A stretch of DNA of 64,000 bases from the sequence record NC_031103.1. One strand, 5' to 3'. The notes under the pieces were generated by a model that was not told where the DNA came from, searched no databases, and was given only the letters and a program-made list of their open reading frames with translations. The first letter of the stretch is position 1, and each line of letters opens with the position of its first letter. This stretch comes from Escherichia phage vB_EcoM-UFV13. Position numbers and translations under genes: made by a program. Below are positions 27,549-37,969 of the stretch, piece after piece.

Positions 27549-27869
27549 TTATTCTTTAAATCTAATCAATTTATTCATAGACTTTGAAACTTCTGCACGA
27601 ACCTCATGTAAGTTTTTAAGCTGTTCAAGACGCTGCTCATAGTAAGCAATTTCATCTTCTTCGAGACAGTCCTGTGAATCTTCTTTAAGATAACGCGCAT
27701 AGTCCTGGAAAGCTTTACGGACTACTTCCTGGAAATCATCAAGACTTTGAATTTTCTTAGGAGCGGCAGATACACGACGAGGTGCAGTATAATACTCATA
27801 ACCAAACCCTGCGCTTAATTGAGCCATTAGTATTTTTCCTCTGGTTGGAACACAGCACGACAAGCCCAC
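27549..27869 (-). CDS. Hypothetical protein (vs.3 position)
   Basis: 106-aa ORF. Confidence 0.45.
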   Translation of the reverse strand: MGLSCCVPTRGKILMAQLSAGFGYEYYTAPRRVSAAPKKIQSLDDFQEVVRKAFQDYARYLKEDSQDCLEEDEIAYYEQRLEQLKNLHEVRAEVSKSMNKLIRFKE

Positions 27870-28129
27870 ATGCTGGCTTCTTTGAGTTTCGTTTTAGCAA
27901 TAGTTAACTGATCGAGACTTTCAGCATAATTCTTTGCGAATTCACAGTCTTCACACTTATCTAGTGCTTCCCAGAATTCATCATATAAAGCATCAAAGAT
28001 AAGTCCTAAACGAACTTCAGCGTCTTTAATAGCATTTACTTTACCGATTTTTTCGTCGGTATGTGGCTTATAACCTTTAATATCTTCAATCATATTTGAC
28101 TTCCTCACCAGTACATAAATCGTATTCAA
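27827..28129 (-). CDS. Hypothetical protein (vs.4 position)
   Basis: 100-aa ORF at the position where T4 encodes Vs.4; sequence identity not verified. Confidence 0.45.
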   Translation of the reverse strand: MNTIYVLVRKSNMIEDIKGYKPHTDEKIGKVNAIKDAEVRLGLIFDALYDEFWEALDKCEDCEFAKNYAESLDQLTIAKTKLKEASMWACRAVFQPEEKY

Positions 28130-28307
28130 CTAAACGAATAGGTTCATGAATGCCATATCCCTGAACAGAAATTTCTGTCGTAGGATAAATTCCATTAATA
28201 TCACCCATGTTCCATGCTTCGTTAAATTGCTGTTCGCCTGAATTACTAAACCATTCGGCGAAAGCATTTAGCACATCTTTAGAACCTTCAATAATTATCT
28301 TTGCCAT
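28086..28307 (-). CDS. Hypothetical small protein
   Basis: 73-aa ORF. Confidence 0.45.
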   Translation of the reverse strand: MAKIIIEGSKDVLNAFAEWFSNSGEQQFNEAWNMGDINGIYPTTEISVQGYGIHEPIRLVEYDLCTGEEVKYD

Positions 28308-28669
28308 TACAGACTCTCAGTAAAGGTACGAGCGATAACGTCGCGCTGCTGTTCCGGAGTCAGAGAGTTAAAGCGAACTGCATAACCGGATACGCGGATG
28401 GTCAGCTGCGGATATTTTTCCGGATGCTTAACTGCATCTTCCAGAGTTTCACGACGCAGAACGTTAACGTTCAGGTGTTGACCACCTTCAATTTTAACTG
28501 TAGGCTGTGGCTCAATTTCAATTTCACGGGCATGCAAACCGTAGAAAATTTCTGGGTCTACAAAAGAGTCCTCTTTAAAGGTTTTAGAGACAATAATTCG
28601 TGCTTGAATACCATCTTCAAAATAAATAGTACCTTTATGCGTGCCTTCAAGAATTTGATATGCTTTCAT
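28307..28669 (-). CDS. Autonomous glycyl radical cofactor (GrcA/YfiD-like)
   Basis: 120 aa; C-terminal roughly 60 residues match E. coli GrcA as I recall it ([42 protein letters not shown]...); GC-richer, host-like composition. Confidence 0.85.
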   Translation of the reverse strand: MKAYQILEGTHKGTIYFEDGIQARIIVSKTFKEDSFVDPEIFYGLHAREIEIEPQPTVKIEGGQHLNVNVLRRETLEDAVKHPEKYPQLTIRVSGYAVRFNSLTPEQQRDVIARTFTESL

Positions 28670-28676
28670 ATAAACC

Positions 28677-29006
28677 TCAATTAGAAAATAAATTTATCCA
28701 AGATTGTTCTTTAATTAAAAACGGCTCAGAATCATATGCCATTAAACTCTGCGTGATTAGTCCTTTAAAAGGTCCATCAATAAATTCCATGGTAAAATAT
28801 GGAATTTTATTCATTAGCCGTGCATTAGGAGCAGTACACAAAACTCTGCATCCTTTGAATACGCCTTTTTGTAATTTGTATTGCTTAGGATAAAATTCGC
28901 TCAAGACGTTGTTATTTGCCAAAATTTCAAAATGATTCACCAATTTATTTTTAATAGTTTTTGGCGAAAAATAAAGATATTCGAAAAGCTGAGTGTCTGT
29001 CATCAT
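28677..29006 (-). CDS. Hypothetical protein
   Basis: Start at MMTDTQ overlapping the upstream stop (ATGATGA). Confidence 0.45.
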   Translation of the reverse strand: MMTDTQLFEYLYFSPKTIKNKLVNHFEILANNNVLSEFYPKQYKLQKGVFKGCRVLCTAPNARLMNKIPYFTMEFIDGPFKGLITQSLMAYDSEPFLIKEQSWINLFSN

Positions 29007-29590
29007 TGCATTCCGATTACGAAAAACTGTGGACGAGTAATACCACCAATACAACATTTAATATTACAGCAGCAGTGTACAGTGTCAATATGGACACTAT
29101 AAATCTTATCCATATCAGGAGATTTGACAGGCTCATCAATTATATACAAAATTCGCGAAAGCGATAAACCTCTGAACTTGCTTCCTTTATTACCAATAAA
29201 ACTGCGCACAGAATCAGTAAATAAACGAAAACGTATATCATCATTAGAATAACGCGAAAATTCATTTTTAATGTTATTTGCAGAAATTTTAGCGTAAGCT
29301 GAAGTATTAGAAAGAACAATAACTGTTCCGCCATCATACAACCAATTAGCAGCAAAGTTAGTCACAGCAATTGATTTACCGGATTGACGTCCACCATCTA
29401 TACGAAGTGTGCAATACTGTTTAAGTAAATCTTCAAATGGTGGGATATAATCGTTTTTACAAATTTCTTCTACTCTAGCATCAGAATGGTGTGTAAAAGC
29501 ATTCATCAGGGATAGATAAGGACCAGTTAAAAATGTTCTCATTTTATTCTCTCTAAATTTGGGCCATTCCATGGCGCATGAATTGTCCAT
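29003..29590 (-). CDS. P-loop protein with Cys-rich C-terminal tail
   Basis: 195 aa; Walker A-like GGRQSGKS; tail HCCCNIKCCIGG. Confidence 0.5.
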   Translation of the reverse strand: MDNSCAMEWPKFRENKMRTFLTGPYLSLMNAFTHHSDARVEEICKNDYIPPFEDLLKQYCTLRIDGGRQSGKSIAVTNFAANWLYDGGTVIVLSNTSAYAKISANNIKNEFSRYSNDDIRFRLFTDSVRSFIGNKGSKFRGLSLSRILYIIDEPVKSPDMDKIYSVHIDTVHCCCNIKCCIGGITRPQFFVIGMQ

Positions 29591-29708
29591 TTCTGTATTT
29601 ACCCATTACCGCACTTGGGCTCGACCTTATTACAGGTTGGCGGGAATCCCTCACAGAATCATGAGGTCCAGCTTGTTCCCATTTTATTTGAATGTAAATA
29701 GGTCTGAG

Positions 29709-30284
29709 TTAGGAATTACGGGCTGCATTAGCAACGGCGTAAGCGTACTGAACATTAGCGTCTTTAAACGTACCTTTAGAGGTATCTATTTCTGCCTTAA
29801 AGCCGCCTTTAGTCATAACATCGGCAAATTCTTTACGGAAAGCCATTGCATCAAGACTTCTCCATGATGATTTGTGCTTGGCGAATTCAAGACCAGCGTA
29901 GTTGACAGCCTTAGCTAATTTATTATCAATAACCCATTTACCAGCTTTAGGCACAAACACCGGGCCTTTCTGTTTAGAGAATAGTTTTAAATTCCAGCGA
30001 CGAAGGTCACCGTCAGCTTTAACAAAAGCTGCGTCCAAATTACTAGCAACAACATCTTGAATATGGCCAAATTTAAGCCCATCAACTTCAATATTTAGAT
30101 CGGTACGCCAGCGAAGTCCTTCCCAAGCGAAAGCTTTAAAGTCAGAAGCTTTTGTAGCTAAGTATCGTTCAATAGGGGCTGTTTTAGGGTCAAAGCCGTT
30201 TCCTCGGTAAGTCCACTCATCTTTATTAATGCCTTTGGCCTTTTCCACAGAAGCTTCAGCGATAAATTCTTTATACGTTTTCAT
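29709..30284 (-). CDS. Internal (capsid-targeted) protein, IPIII-like
   Basis: 191 aa; N-terminal capsid targeting sequence MKTYKEFIAEA. Confidence 0.7.
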   Translation of the reverse strand: MKTYKEFIAEASVEKAKGINKDEWTYRGNGFDPKTAPIERYLATKASDFKAFAWEGLRWRTDLNIEVDGLKFGHIQDVVASNLDAAFVKADGDLRRWNLKLFSKQKGPVFVPKAGKWVIDNKLAKAVNYAGLEFAKHKSSWRSLDAMAFRKEFADVMTKGGFKAEIDTSKGTFKDANVQYAYAVANAARNS

Positions 30285-30298
30285 GTGTTTCCTTTATT

Positions 30299-30613
30299 TT
30301 ATTCTTTAGGGAAGTTTTTAGAATATGCATCATAAAGCTTATTTCCAATACGGCGGAAAACTCTAGCCGCAAAACGATTTTCAGGGTTTTTAATCATGAT
30401 TTGCATCATGTAAGTTCCTGCATCCGAAAGAGCTTCTTCATAGTACCCATTAATTTCTTTAAGAGTCCTACGTTTACCACCAGGACCATCAACAGTAATT
30501 TTCCATTTACCTGTAGAAGTGCGGCTCGGTGGTTCAACTTGTTCAATCCAAATATAACCGCCTTCAACGCGTTGTCCGGCGGATTCTGCAATAAATTCTT
30601 TATATGTTTTCAT
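30299..30613 (-). CDS. Internal (capsid-targeted) protein, IPII-like
   Basis: 104 aa; N-terminus MKTYKEFIAES; early promoter upstream. Confidence 0.7.
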   Translation of the reverse strand: MKTYKEFIAESAGQRVEGGYIWIEQVEPPSRTSTGKWKITVDGPGGKRRTLKEINGYYEEALSDAGTYMMQIMIKNPENRFAARVFRRIGNKLYDAYSKNFPKE

Positions 30614-30641
30614 TTTTGTTTCCTTGTTTGTTTTGATAGAG

Positions 30642-30675
30642 TAATTATACCATATTAATACTTAAGCGTAAACAA
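30642..30675 (-). promoter_or_regulatory. T4-type early promoter
   Basis: GTTTAC, 15-nt spacer, TGGTATAAT on the minus strand. Confidence 0.7.
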
Positions 30676-30679
30676 TTTA

Positions 30680-30934
30680 AGCTTTACCGCCAGAAATAAT
30701 TCCGAAGTTGTTAAAATCGTATCCAATATCGTCAACATCTACTTTAGTACTTGCTACAACATAAGCAATTTCACTACGTTTTGCATAGGTGTTGATTTCT
30801 TTACCATCGCCACCTAAGAAAGTACCCATTACGTTTTAATGAGCCAAAGTCTTCCGCATCACCAATGAAAGCTTTAACTTTAAATTTAGGACCTTTGGCA
30901 TCTGCTTCAACGATAAATTCTTGATACATTTTCA
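30680..30934 (-). pseudogene. Internal-protein paralog interrupted by a frameshift
   Basis: Reading starts MKMYQEFIVEADAKGPKFKVKAFIGDAEDFGS, then the frame is lost near 30820-30835 and continues in another frame to GTFLGGDGKEINTYAK... Confidence 0.45.
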
Positions 30935-30941
30935 TTTTTCC

Positions 30942-31355
30942 TTAGTAAATTGATTTACCATAGTATTTGTACCAAGTCGGACGTTGAGCAATTTTTTCAT
31001 CTAAGCGTGCTTGACTTATCGCAATGGACGCTTCAGACGGGACGTAATTATTACGAAATTCTACAGGAATGTCGGAAATATCCTGGACTGTCGTGTCCTT
31101 GATTTTGAAACCACGTTTCAAACATTCAGCGATTAGCTCGATTTGACGTAAACGTAAAAATTCGAGTTTGTCGTAAAAGAATGTTACGTGACCTGTGCCT
31201 AAGATAAATGTTGGAGAGATTTTAAAATCCTTTACACGTTTACCGTTTTGAACATGTTTACGGACTGCACCAAATACGCGTGGTAATTCACGATACTCAG
31301 CCATAAGATGTTGGTCGGTCAGTTCAGAAACAAGTGTTAAATTGATACGAGTCAT
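30942..31355 (-). CDS. denV: Endonuclease V (pyrimidine dimer DNA glycosylase)
   Basis: [12 protein letters not shown]...[10 protein letters not shown] matches T4 DenV as I recall it; about 138 aa. Confidence 0.9.
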   Translation of the reverse strand: MTRINLTLVSELTDQHLMAEYRELPRVFGAVRKHVQNGKRVKDFKISPTFILGTGHVTFFYDKLEFLRLRQIELIAECLKRGFKIKDTTVQDISDIPVEFRNNYVPSEASIAISQARLDEKIAQRPTWYKYYGKSIY

Positions 31356-31379
31356 AATTTCCTCCAAGTAGTTGATGAA

Positions 31380-31413
31380 TGTATAGTATCAAAACCCTTG
31401 GAGGAAGTAAACA

Positions 31414-31414
<1 letters not shown>
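31380..31414 (-). promoter_or_regulatory. T4-type early promoter
   Basis: GTTTAC, 15-nt spacer, TGATACTATAC on the minus strand upstream of denV. Confidence 0.6.
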
Positions 31415-32654
<1,240 letters not shown>

Positions 32655-32673
<19 letters not shown>

Positions 32674-33143
32674 TCAGTGATAAAGTTATTTAAATTTTGA
32701 GTATATTTCTTTTCATCAAAAATCTTTTGCTGCCTACGTAAACGCCATGGCATTTCAATGAACACGCACCATATTCCTGATAGTACTGCTGCTGTAAAAA
32801 TATTAACAAGTATGATTAAAAGAATCCAATCTCCCGTTCTGCCTACTGGACTTTCTCCAAAGAAGCAAAATACAAATGATGTCACAGGAAAACTAATGAT
32901 ATACCACAGAATAACCTTCTTATCTGTGAACCAATCAGCGTTCGTTAATTTAGCGCGACCATTATGAATACACACGAATTTATCATCTGTTGCAGTAGAT
33001 GGCTTAACTGGTTGATATCCCATTCTAAACTCCCTAATCAGCAAATTTTTCATATCTTCGGAACAGCCGCTCCAGTCAACTCTATCGACTGAAATGCCAT
33101 CGTCCCCATCATCTAAATCATACCAGCGAGTTTTTAAAATCAT
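32655..33143 (-). CDS. Membrane protein
   Basis: 162 aa with two or three hydrophobic helices. Confidence 0.5.
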
Positions 33144-33502
33144 TTGATTTTCCTACAATCACTCACAAACTCTTTCATTGATTCATTTTCAATATAAGAC
33201 ATGTAGTTATTATATTCTTTTAANTGTATTTTGTAATCCTTTTTTCTTTGCCAATTTATTTTAAAATTATCATAATGAAAATATAGTATAGTGCTAAAGA
33301 ATGAAAATAATGAAATCGCTATAGTAAAACGAAGTTCACTCCAAACCTCTGTTATAATTGCTGAACTATCGATGTTTAAAATAAAACAGTCAATCATTAG
33401 TCCAATAAGACTACCCGCAAGAGCTGCAAATACTGATACGGCAAGAATTAATAGCGCCTCAGGAAACGAATATTTGACTTTATTTANTTTTGGCTTTTGC
33501 AT
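33140..33502 (-). CDS. Membrane protein
   Basis: 120 aa with two TM helices; N bases in the gene. Confidence 0.45.
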   Translation of the reverse strand: MQKPKXNKVKYSFPEALLILAVSVFAALAGSLIGLMIDCFILNIDSSAIITEVWSELRFTIAISLFSFFSTILYFHYDNFKINWQRKKDYKIXLKEYNNYMSYIENESMKEFVSDCRKIK

Positions 33503-33897
33503 CGTGATTCCTTAACAAATTTCATAATTTCNTTAAATTCATACATATNTAGTTTAAGCTGGTGTTCCTTTTTAATCTTTTTNCACTGNGCTTTCCAATC
33601 ACGTACGCGTTTACGATAATGTCTTCCTTGATACCAGTATCCTACCCAATTTACGGGTACTAATAAAAGTGGAACTATTAATGGAAGAATTAGCATTAAC
33701 ACAAGTATTTCGCCAGAATCAATATCAGTCATAACATCTAAAACACCTCCAATAATCAATAGAATTACAAATGATATGAGTATAACAGGACCTATTAATA
33801 CATCAGTAGAAATTAGCTGGCGCTTTAATTCATACTTTAAGGGTTTACTTGGAAGATACATTGATGGCTTTGACATATTCTCTACATTCCTTAACAA
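33484..33897 (-). CDS. Membrane protein
   Basis: 137 aa with two TM helices; several N bases in the 3' part. Confidence 0.45.
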   Translation of the reverse strand: MLRNVENMSKPSMYLPSKPLKYELKRQLISTDVLIGPVILISFVILLIIGGVLDVMTDIDSGEILVLMLILPLIVPLLLVPVNWVGYWYQGRHYRKRVRDWKXQXKKIKKEHQLKLXMYEFXEIMKFVKESRCKSQX

Positions 33898-34453
33898 ATT
33901 TTTCTAATAATAAATCGCTTTCAAAATTAGGATTTTCCACGAATTTATCAAAAAGATCATCAACGATAGTTAAGATATTCTTTTTACTAAGAATACGCTT
34001 ATTTTCATATTTTGTTTCAGAGTCAACTATAAGAGTAAAGAAATATTTCTTTCCCTGAAATTTTACCGTAGTATCAATATAGAACAAATTTGACTTTTGT
34101 AAATTACGTTTAAACCATGCATCACTTAAACTATAAACGCCAAGATAATCATAATCGTCATTTAAATAACAAACTGTCCATTCAGGAGAAATGAAATCAG
34201 TAAATTCAACATCAAAATCACACGTCAATGAATGAATTGATTCAATACTTTTAATGAGTATTCCAGGACGTATTAAAGACTTTTTACCTCTAGAAAATCT
34301 TCCAGAAAGACTTTCATCAGTTTCATATGAAGACCCCCAATAATAATTACGTCCTTCTGCCATACGTTTAAGAGCATTTAGTAATTGGTCTGGAACATCA
34401 ACCTGTCTTTGGAACTCTTCAAACATTGAATTGAAATCACTTTGCATTTTCAT
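33845..34453 (-). CDS. Hypothetical protein
   Basis: 202-aa ORF. Confidence 0.5.
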   Translation of the reverse strand: MKMQSDFNSMFEEFQRQVDVPDQLLNALKRMAEGRNYYWGSSYETDESLSGRFSRGKKSLIRPGILIKSIESIHSLTCDFDVEFTDFISPEWTVCYLNDDYDYLGVYSLSDAWFKRNLQKSNLFYIDTTVKFQGKKYFFTLIVDSETKYENKRILSKKNILTIVDDLFDKFVENPNFESDLLLEKFVKECREYVKAINVSSK

Positions 34454-34474
34454 TCCTATTTACTCCAAGTAATA

Positions 34475-34488
34475 GGGGCCGAAGCCCC
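34475..34488 (-). terminator. GC hairpin
   Basis: GGGGC-CGAA-GCCCC hairpin directly 3' of the stop at 34495; weak U-tract. Confidence 0.45.
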
Positions 34489-34494
34489 TTATCA

Positions 34495-35088
34495 TTATTT
34501 CAGAGAATTAATATATTCCTGGACATCGGCAGAGGTGGTTTCAACCCCAGAAATATTGCCGTTAAAAGTTTCAACTCGAGCAAGGGTATCTTCAATATCA
34601 ACCTTAGTCAGTGCTGCAATTTCAACTACATCATCGGCAGTACTAATTCCAAGGGCATTTGCTGCACGAGTTTCACGGATATATTCCAATTTAACTGCAA
34701 GTTCTTGACGAGCATCATCTAACTCAACTACTTTCTTGGCGATTTCAATTCGCATTTCAGCATAACCGTCAGCTTTAGTAGTCAACTGCTCAGCTGTTCG
34801 ACGATATAGTAAACCAAGTTTAGCATGCATTGTTACATCTTGACCTTCAGAAAGAAGTTTACGAATTTCACGCTCTTTTGATTCGGCCTGTCGATTCTTT
34901 TCGATAACAAGTTCACGAATACGTTTTTCTTCATTAATAGATTTAACGGAAGCAGTTTTTAGATCTTTAATCTTATCAAGTAGTTTTGCTGCCGCAGCAG
35001 TATACTGTTCTTCAACAGATAGATTTTTAGCCATAGCAGAACCAAGTTTAGTGCGAATAAACTCAACAATTTTCTTCAGTGTATTCAT
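34495..35088 (-). CDS. Coiled-coil protein, possibly PspA/IM30-like
   Basis: 197 aa, almost entirely helical and charged with an amphipathic N-terminal helix; the family assignment is a guess. Confidence 0.5.
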   Translation of the reverse strand: MNTLKKIVEFIRTKLGSAMAKNLSVEEQYTAAAAKLLDKIKDLKTASVKSINEEKRIRELVIEKNRQAESKEREIRKLLSEGQDVTMHAKLGLLYRRTAEQLTTKADGYAEMRIEIAKKVVELDDARQELAVKLEYIRETRAANALGISTADDVVEIAALTKVDIEDTLARVETFNGNISGVETTSADVQEYINSLK

Positions 35089-35114
35089 AGTATTTCCTTA
35101 GGTTGGTATAATTA

Positions 35115-35147
35115 GATAATATCACGTTTCTAATAGATTGTAAACTT
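35115..35147 (-). promoter_or_regulatory. T4-type early promoter
   Basis: GTTTAC, 15-nt spacer, TGATATTAT on the minus strand. Confidence 0.6.
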
Positions 35148-35481
35148 ATTCTTCGTCTAGCTCGTCGATAAAGGCGTCGATGGCCTCGACAACGGCATCA
35201 TTGATAGCCAATAAAATAAAATCATCGTCAGTACCTTTAGAAGATTCTAAAGCATTGATATATGCTTGGTTGGCGAGTTCCCAAGCCTTTTTAAAATAAG
35301 GAGCTTCATCATCGGGGCCAACGAAACGTACGCCTTCAAAGATACGGTTAGCATAATCCAATACCCACTGTACAGGCATGTTTTGAGAACGTTCGTTAAA
35401 CTCTTTAAATTCCTTAGATTCAAAAAGCTCTTCAGGATAATCATTTCTATTACAAAAAGCTTTACTAAAGTTACGTTTCAT
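35146..35481 (-). CDS. Hypothetical acidic protein
   Basis: 111-aa ORF. Confidence 0.5.
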   Translation of the reverse strand: MKRNFSKAFCNRNDYPEELFESKEFKEFNERSQNMPVQWVLDYANRIFEGVRFVGPDDEAPYFKKAWELANQAYINALESSKGTDDDFILLAINDAVVEAIDAFIDELDEE

Positions 35482-35503
35482 AATGTTTTCCTTGTGATGA
35501 TAA

Positions 35504-35539
35504 ATCTATAGTAACGCCTTCATACTTAGATGTAAACTA
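35504..35539 (-). promoter_or_regulatory. Probable early promoter
   Basis: GTTTAC, 17-nt spacer, TTACTATAG on the minus strand. Confidence 0.45.
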
Positions 35540-35691
35540 TTTCAACATCGCCTTTTGCTGCTTTATAACCTTCAGCCCAAGATATAACCGAGTTTTTATC
35601 CGAAGATTCAAATTCTGGCATTGGGCTTTCGCCAATGTTCACGCAGTATGTTTCTTCATTTTCGTCAAACCAAATAATTAAAGTAGTCATT
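35527..35691 (-). CDS. Hypothetical small protein (about 54 aa)
   Basis: Hand-translated MTTLIIWFDENEETYCVNIGESP... with SD GGAGAAATAA; below the ORF-track size cutoff. Confidence 0.4.
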
Positions 35692-35759
35692 TATTTCTCC
35701 GTTTTCTGTATTTGTTTTGATAAGTCTATAATAACACCGTCCTTGGCGTTTGTACACAA

Positions 35760-36023
35760 TTATTTCATATTATTGAAATATTCTTCTGCGATTTCATCGT
35801 TATCATGGTAAACTTTAGAAGACAGTTTAACATAACCTTCTGCTGTGAACATATTAATCACAACCTTTACAGTATACCACTGACCATCTTCATTACCCAT
35901 TACTGCGTAAGTTTCAAACATCGGATGATCAGGACCGATAACTTTAATATCATTCACCGTACGACCAAAATCTTCTGAAACACATTTCATAAAGAAGTTG
36001 AACAGTTCGCCGTAATTATCCAT
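35760..36023 (-). CDS. Hypothetical protein
   Basis: Start at MDNYGELF with SD GGAGAACGAA; upstream ORF-track residues are translated promoter. Confidence 0.5.
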   Translation of the reverse strand: MDNYGELFNFFMKCVSEDFGRTVNDIKVIGPDHPMFETYAVMGNEDGQWYTVKVVINMFTAEGYVKLSSKVYHDNDEIAEEYFNNMK

Positions 36024-36063
36024 TTCGTTCTCCAAGTTGTTTTCTGTATCAGTAGTTGATAGT

Positions 36064-36098
36064 TGTATAGTACCATGGAAGAACAGGGATGTAAACAG
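36064..36098 (-). promoter_or_regulatory. T4-type early promoter
   Basis: GTTTAC ... TGGTACTATAC on the minus strand, same cassette as at 18289 and 19729. Confidence 0.65.
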
Positions 36099-36223
36099 TT
36101 TTGTGAAAAATTTTTTAAAAAGTTTTGGGAATTCTAGGGCAGGGAGGGGCAATTAAAGGATAGGATAATATATTATAAAGGATAGAAACTAAATGATGCC
36201 TAGAGAGGCCCGGAAAGGCCTAG

Positions 36224-36253
36224 ATGCCAAAAAGCCCTATCACTTAGATAGGG
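36224..36253 (-). terminator. Hairpin terminator, second of two adjacent hairpins
   Basis: CCCTATC-ACTTA-GATAGGG hairpin followed by a U-tract on the transcript; a second hairpin AGGCC-CGGAAA-GGCCT lies at 36206-36221. Confidence 0.55.
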
Positions 36254-36261
36254 ATTTAAAA

Positions 36262-36828
36262 TTATTTACCTAGTTTAGTTATTATAGCTTCTGCGGCAGC
36301 TTTTAGCTTAGATGCGGTGTTAATACGATTTTTAATTTCAGTATACGCATCGCCAAGAACATCAAGGCTATCGGAATAAACACTTACACTATTGCGTTCG
36401 CTATTTGAAATAGAACCTTTAGTTTTACGATCAAAATCGGTGTACACGTCTTGAAGATCGCGGGCTGCCTTCTTTGCGTCATCCAATGCATCAAGAGCTT
36501 TATTCAAAGCATTAACGTATTTTTTAGTGTCGAACATATTCTTAGAAATTTTAACAGGTGCACGTTCAGGAGTAGCTAAGGCAGATTTAGGAAGAACCTG
36601 TTTGCCAGATGCCAGTTTCTTAGAAATTTTGAAAAACGCTTTATTGAAATTATTTTCTTGACTCATCGTAAAAGAACTATTATCAATGTTATACATTTCA
36701 ATAGCTTTAGCTTTCCACTTAAGAAAATCGCCACGGTCTTTTGGGTCCAAGTGGAAGAATACTTTAGTAAGATCTGCTTCAGATGGTAATTTTGCTGCTT
36801 CGGTTAAAAATTCGGCGTAGGTTTTCAT
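36262..36828 (-). CDS. Internal (capsid-targeted) protein
   Basis: 188 aa; N-terminus MKTYAEFLTEAAKL. Confidence 0.6.
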   Translation of the reverse strand: MKTYAEFLTEAAKLPSEADLTKVFFHLDPKDRGDFLKWKAKAIEMYNIDNSSFTMSQENNFNKAFFKISKKLASGKQVLPKSALATPERAPVKISKNMFDTKKYVNALNKALDALDDAKKAARDLQDVYTDFDRKTKGSISNSERNSVSVYSDSLDVLGDAYTEIKNRINTASKLKAAAEAIITKLGK

Positions 36829-36907
36829 TTAAAATCCTTGAAATAATTTATTGGTTATTAATTATTTATCACGTTGTTATATGTAACAGCATTCTCCGAG
36901 CGATTCA

Positions 36908-36938
36908 AACTAAAAAGCCCCAACCTTTCTGTCGGGGC
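36908..36938 (-). terminator. Hairpin terminator
   Basis: GCCCCGACAGAAAGGTTGGGGC hairpin followed by UUUUUA on the transcript. Confidence 0.65.
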
Positions 36939-36946
36939 TAAAAATA

Positions 36947-37420
36947 TTATTTAATTTGCTTAGCAGACCAAATGCGGTCTTTAATAATTTTTTGGATGTC
37001 TTCAACATATTCAAGAGAGTGAACATGTGGGTTATCTTTGAAACTATAAGCACGAGCTAGCTTTTGGCCTTCAGTTTTGATTACTAAAAGCTCTTTAAGG
37101 ATAGCTTCATATTTGGAGATAATTCCTTTAACGATATTTTTCTCTTGTGTGACTTTAGGATCTGCTTTAGGAGCAGGTTTACCTGAAGCCTTTGCAAAAG
37201 CAGCNCCAGTAGCAACTAAACTTTTCCANGCCATACTAACAGCATTCCCCGTAAATCCTTCTGCTTTCATGTCGCGAGCAAATTGGAATCGTGATTCATC
37301 AGAAGCATCTTTATAGGAATATTTACCCGCGGCAATGGCNGCTTTTGCNACAGCTTGAATTTCAGTGCTAGATGCTTCATTTAACACCGCTTCATTTAAA
37401 AATTGAGCATATGATTTCAT
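36947..37420 (-). CDS. Internal (capsid-targeted) protein
   Basis: 157 aa; N-terminus MKSYAQFLNEAVLNEA; four N bases in the gene. Confidence 0.5.
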   Translation of the reverse strand: MKSYAQFLNEAVLNEASSTEIQAXAKXAIAAGKYSYKDASDESRFQFARDMKAEGFTGNAVSMXWKSLVATXAAFAKASGKPAPKADPKVTQEKNIVKGIISKYEAILKELLVIKTEGQKLARAYSFKDNPHVHSLEYVEDIQKIIKDRIWSAKQIK

Positions 37421-37462
37421 CTTATTTCCTGTTTTAATTCGTGGTTTTAATATACTTATTTA

Positions 37463-37494
37463 TACTAAAAAGCCCCAACCTTTCGGCTGGGGCT
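37463..37494 (-). terminator. Hairpin terminator downstream of the tRNA/RNA cluster
   Basis: AGCCCCAGCCGAAAGGTTGGGGCT hairpin followed by UUUUUAG on the transcript. Confidence 0.65.
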
Positions 37495-37545
37495 AAGCCT
37501 TGCGGCAACCTTGTCGGGGTTCCACCTGCTAAGGCAAGTGTTTGT

Positions 37546-37637
37546 ACGAAACGCCGGGATTCGAACCCGGTTATTAAGCAGTTGACGCTACTNAATATTT
37601 TTAAAAGGCCATATCTCGACCATATCCGAACGTTCCG
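37546..37637 (-). ncRNA. tRNA-like structured RNA (possible stable RNA, rnaC/rnaD-like)
   Basis: Perfect T-arm CCGGG-TTCGAAT-CCCGG and a 7-bp acceptor-like pairing (CGGAACG with CGTTTCG), but no clean anticodon arm and no encoded CCA; contains one N. Confidence 0.35.
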
Positions 37638-37810
37638 TCAAAAACGCTACTCGGCTTACGGCAAAGATATTTCCTCGAATCGATAATTCGGTGCGCCGTT
37701 TCTGCTGTGATGTAAGGGGGCATTAACCGATCGTAAAGATTTGTTAATGCCAGTCCTTACCCAGGGAACATCAGTCCGACGACTTACCGGTAGCGACCCG
37801 GCTTCTTGTT

Positions 37811-37886
37811 TGGTCGAGGCAGTAGGGATCGAACCTACGACCTAGGACTTAGAAGGTCCTTGCTCTTCCTTCTGAGCTATGCCTCG
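37811..37886 (-). tRNA. tRNA-Arg (anticodon TCT)
   Basis: Hand-folded cloverleaf: 7-bp acceptor CGAGGCA/TGCCTCG, anticodon loop CTTCTAA, T-loop TTCGATC, encoded CCA. Confidence 0.8.
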
Positions 37887-37890
37887 TATT

Positions 37891-37965
37891 TGGCGGACGT
37901 GATAGGATTCGAACCTATAACCAATCGCTTAACAGGCGATCGCTCTGCCATTGAGCTACACATCC
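37891..37965 (-). tRNA. tRNA-Asn (anticodon GTT)
   Basis: Acceptor GGATGTG/CACGTCC, anticodon stem ATCGC/GCGAT, loop CTGTTAA, T-loop TTCGAAT, encoded CCA. Confidence 0.75.
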
Positions 37966-37969
37966 AAAT

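Noticed and set aside
36100-36200. G-rich stretch GGGCAGGGAGGGGC considered as a possible G-quadruplex or regulatory element
   Set aside because: Single occurrence, no flanking conservation visible; could not be supported beyond noting the composition.
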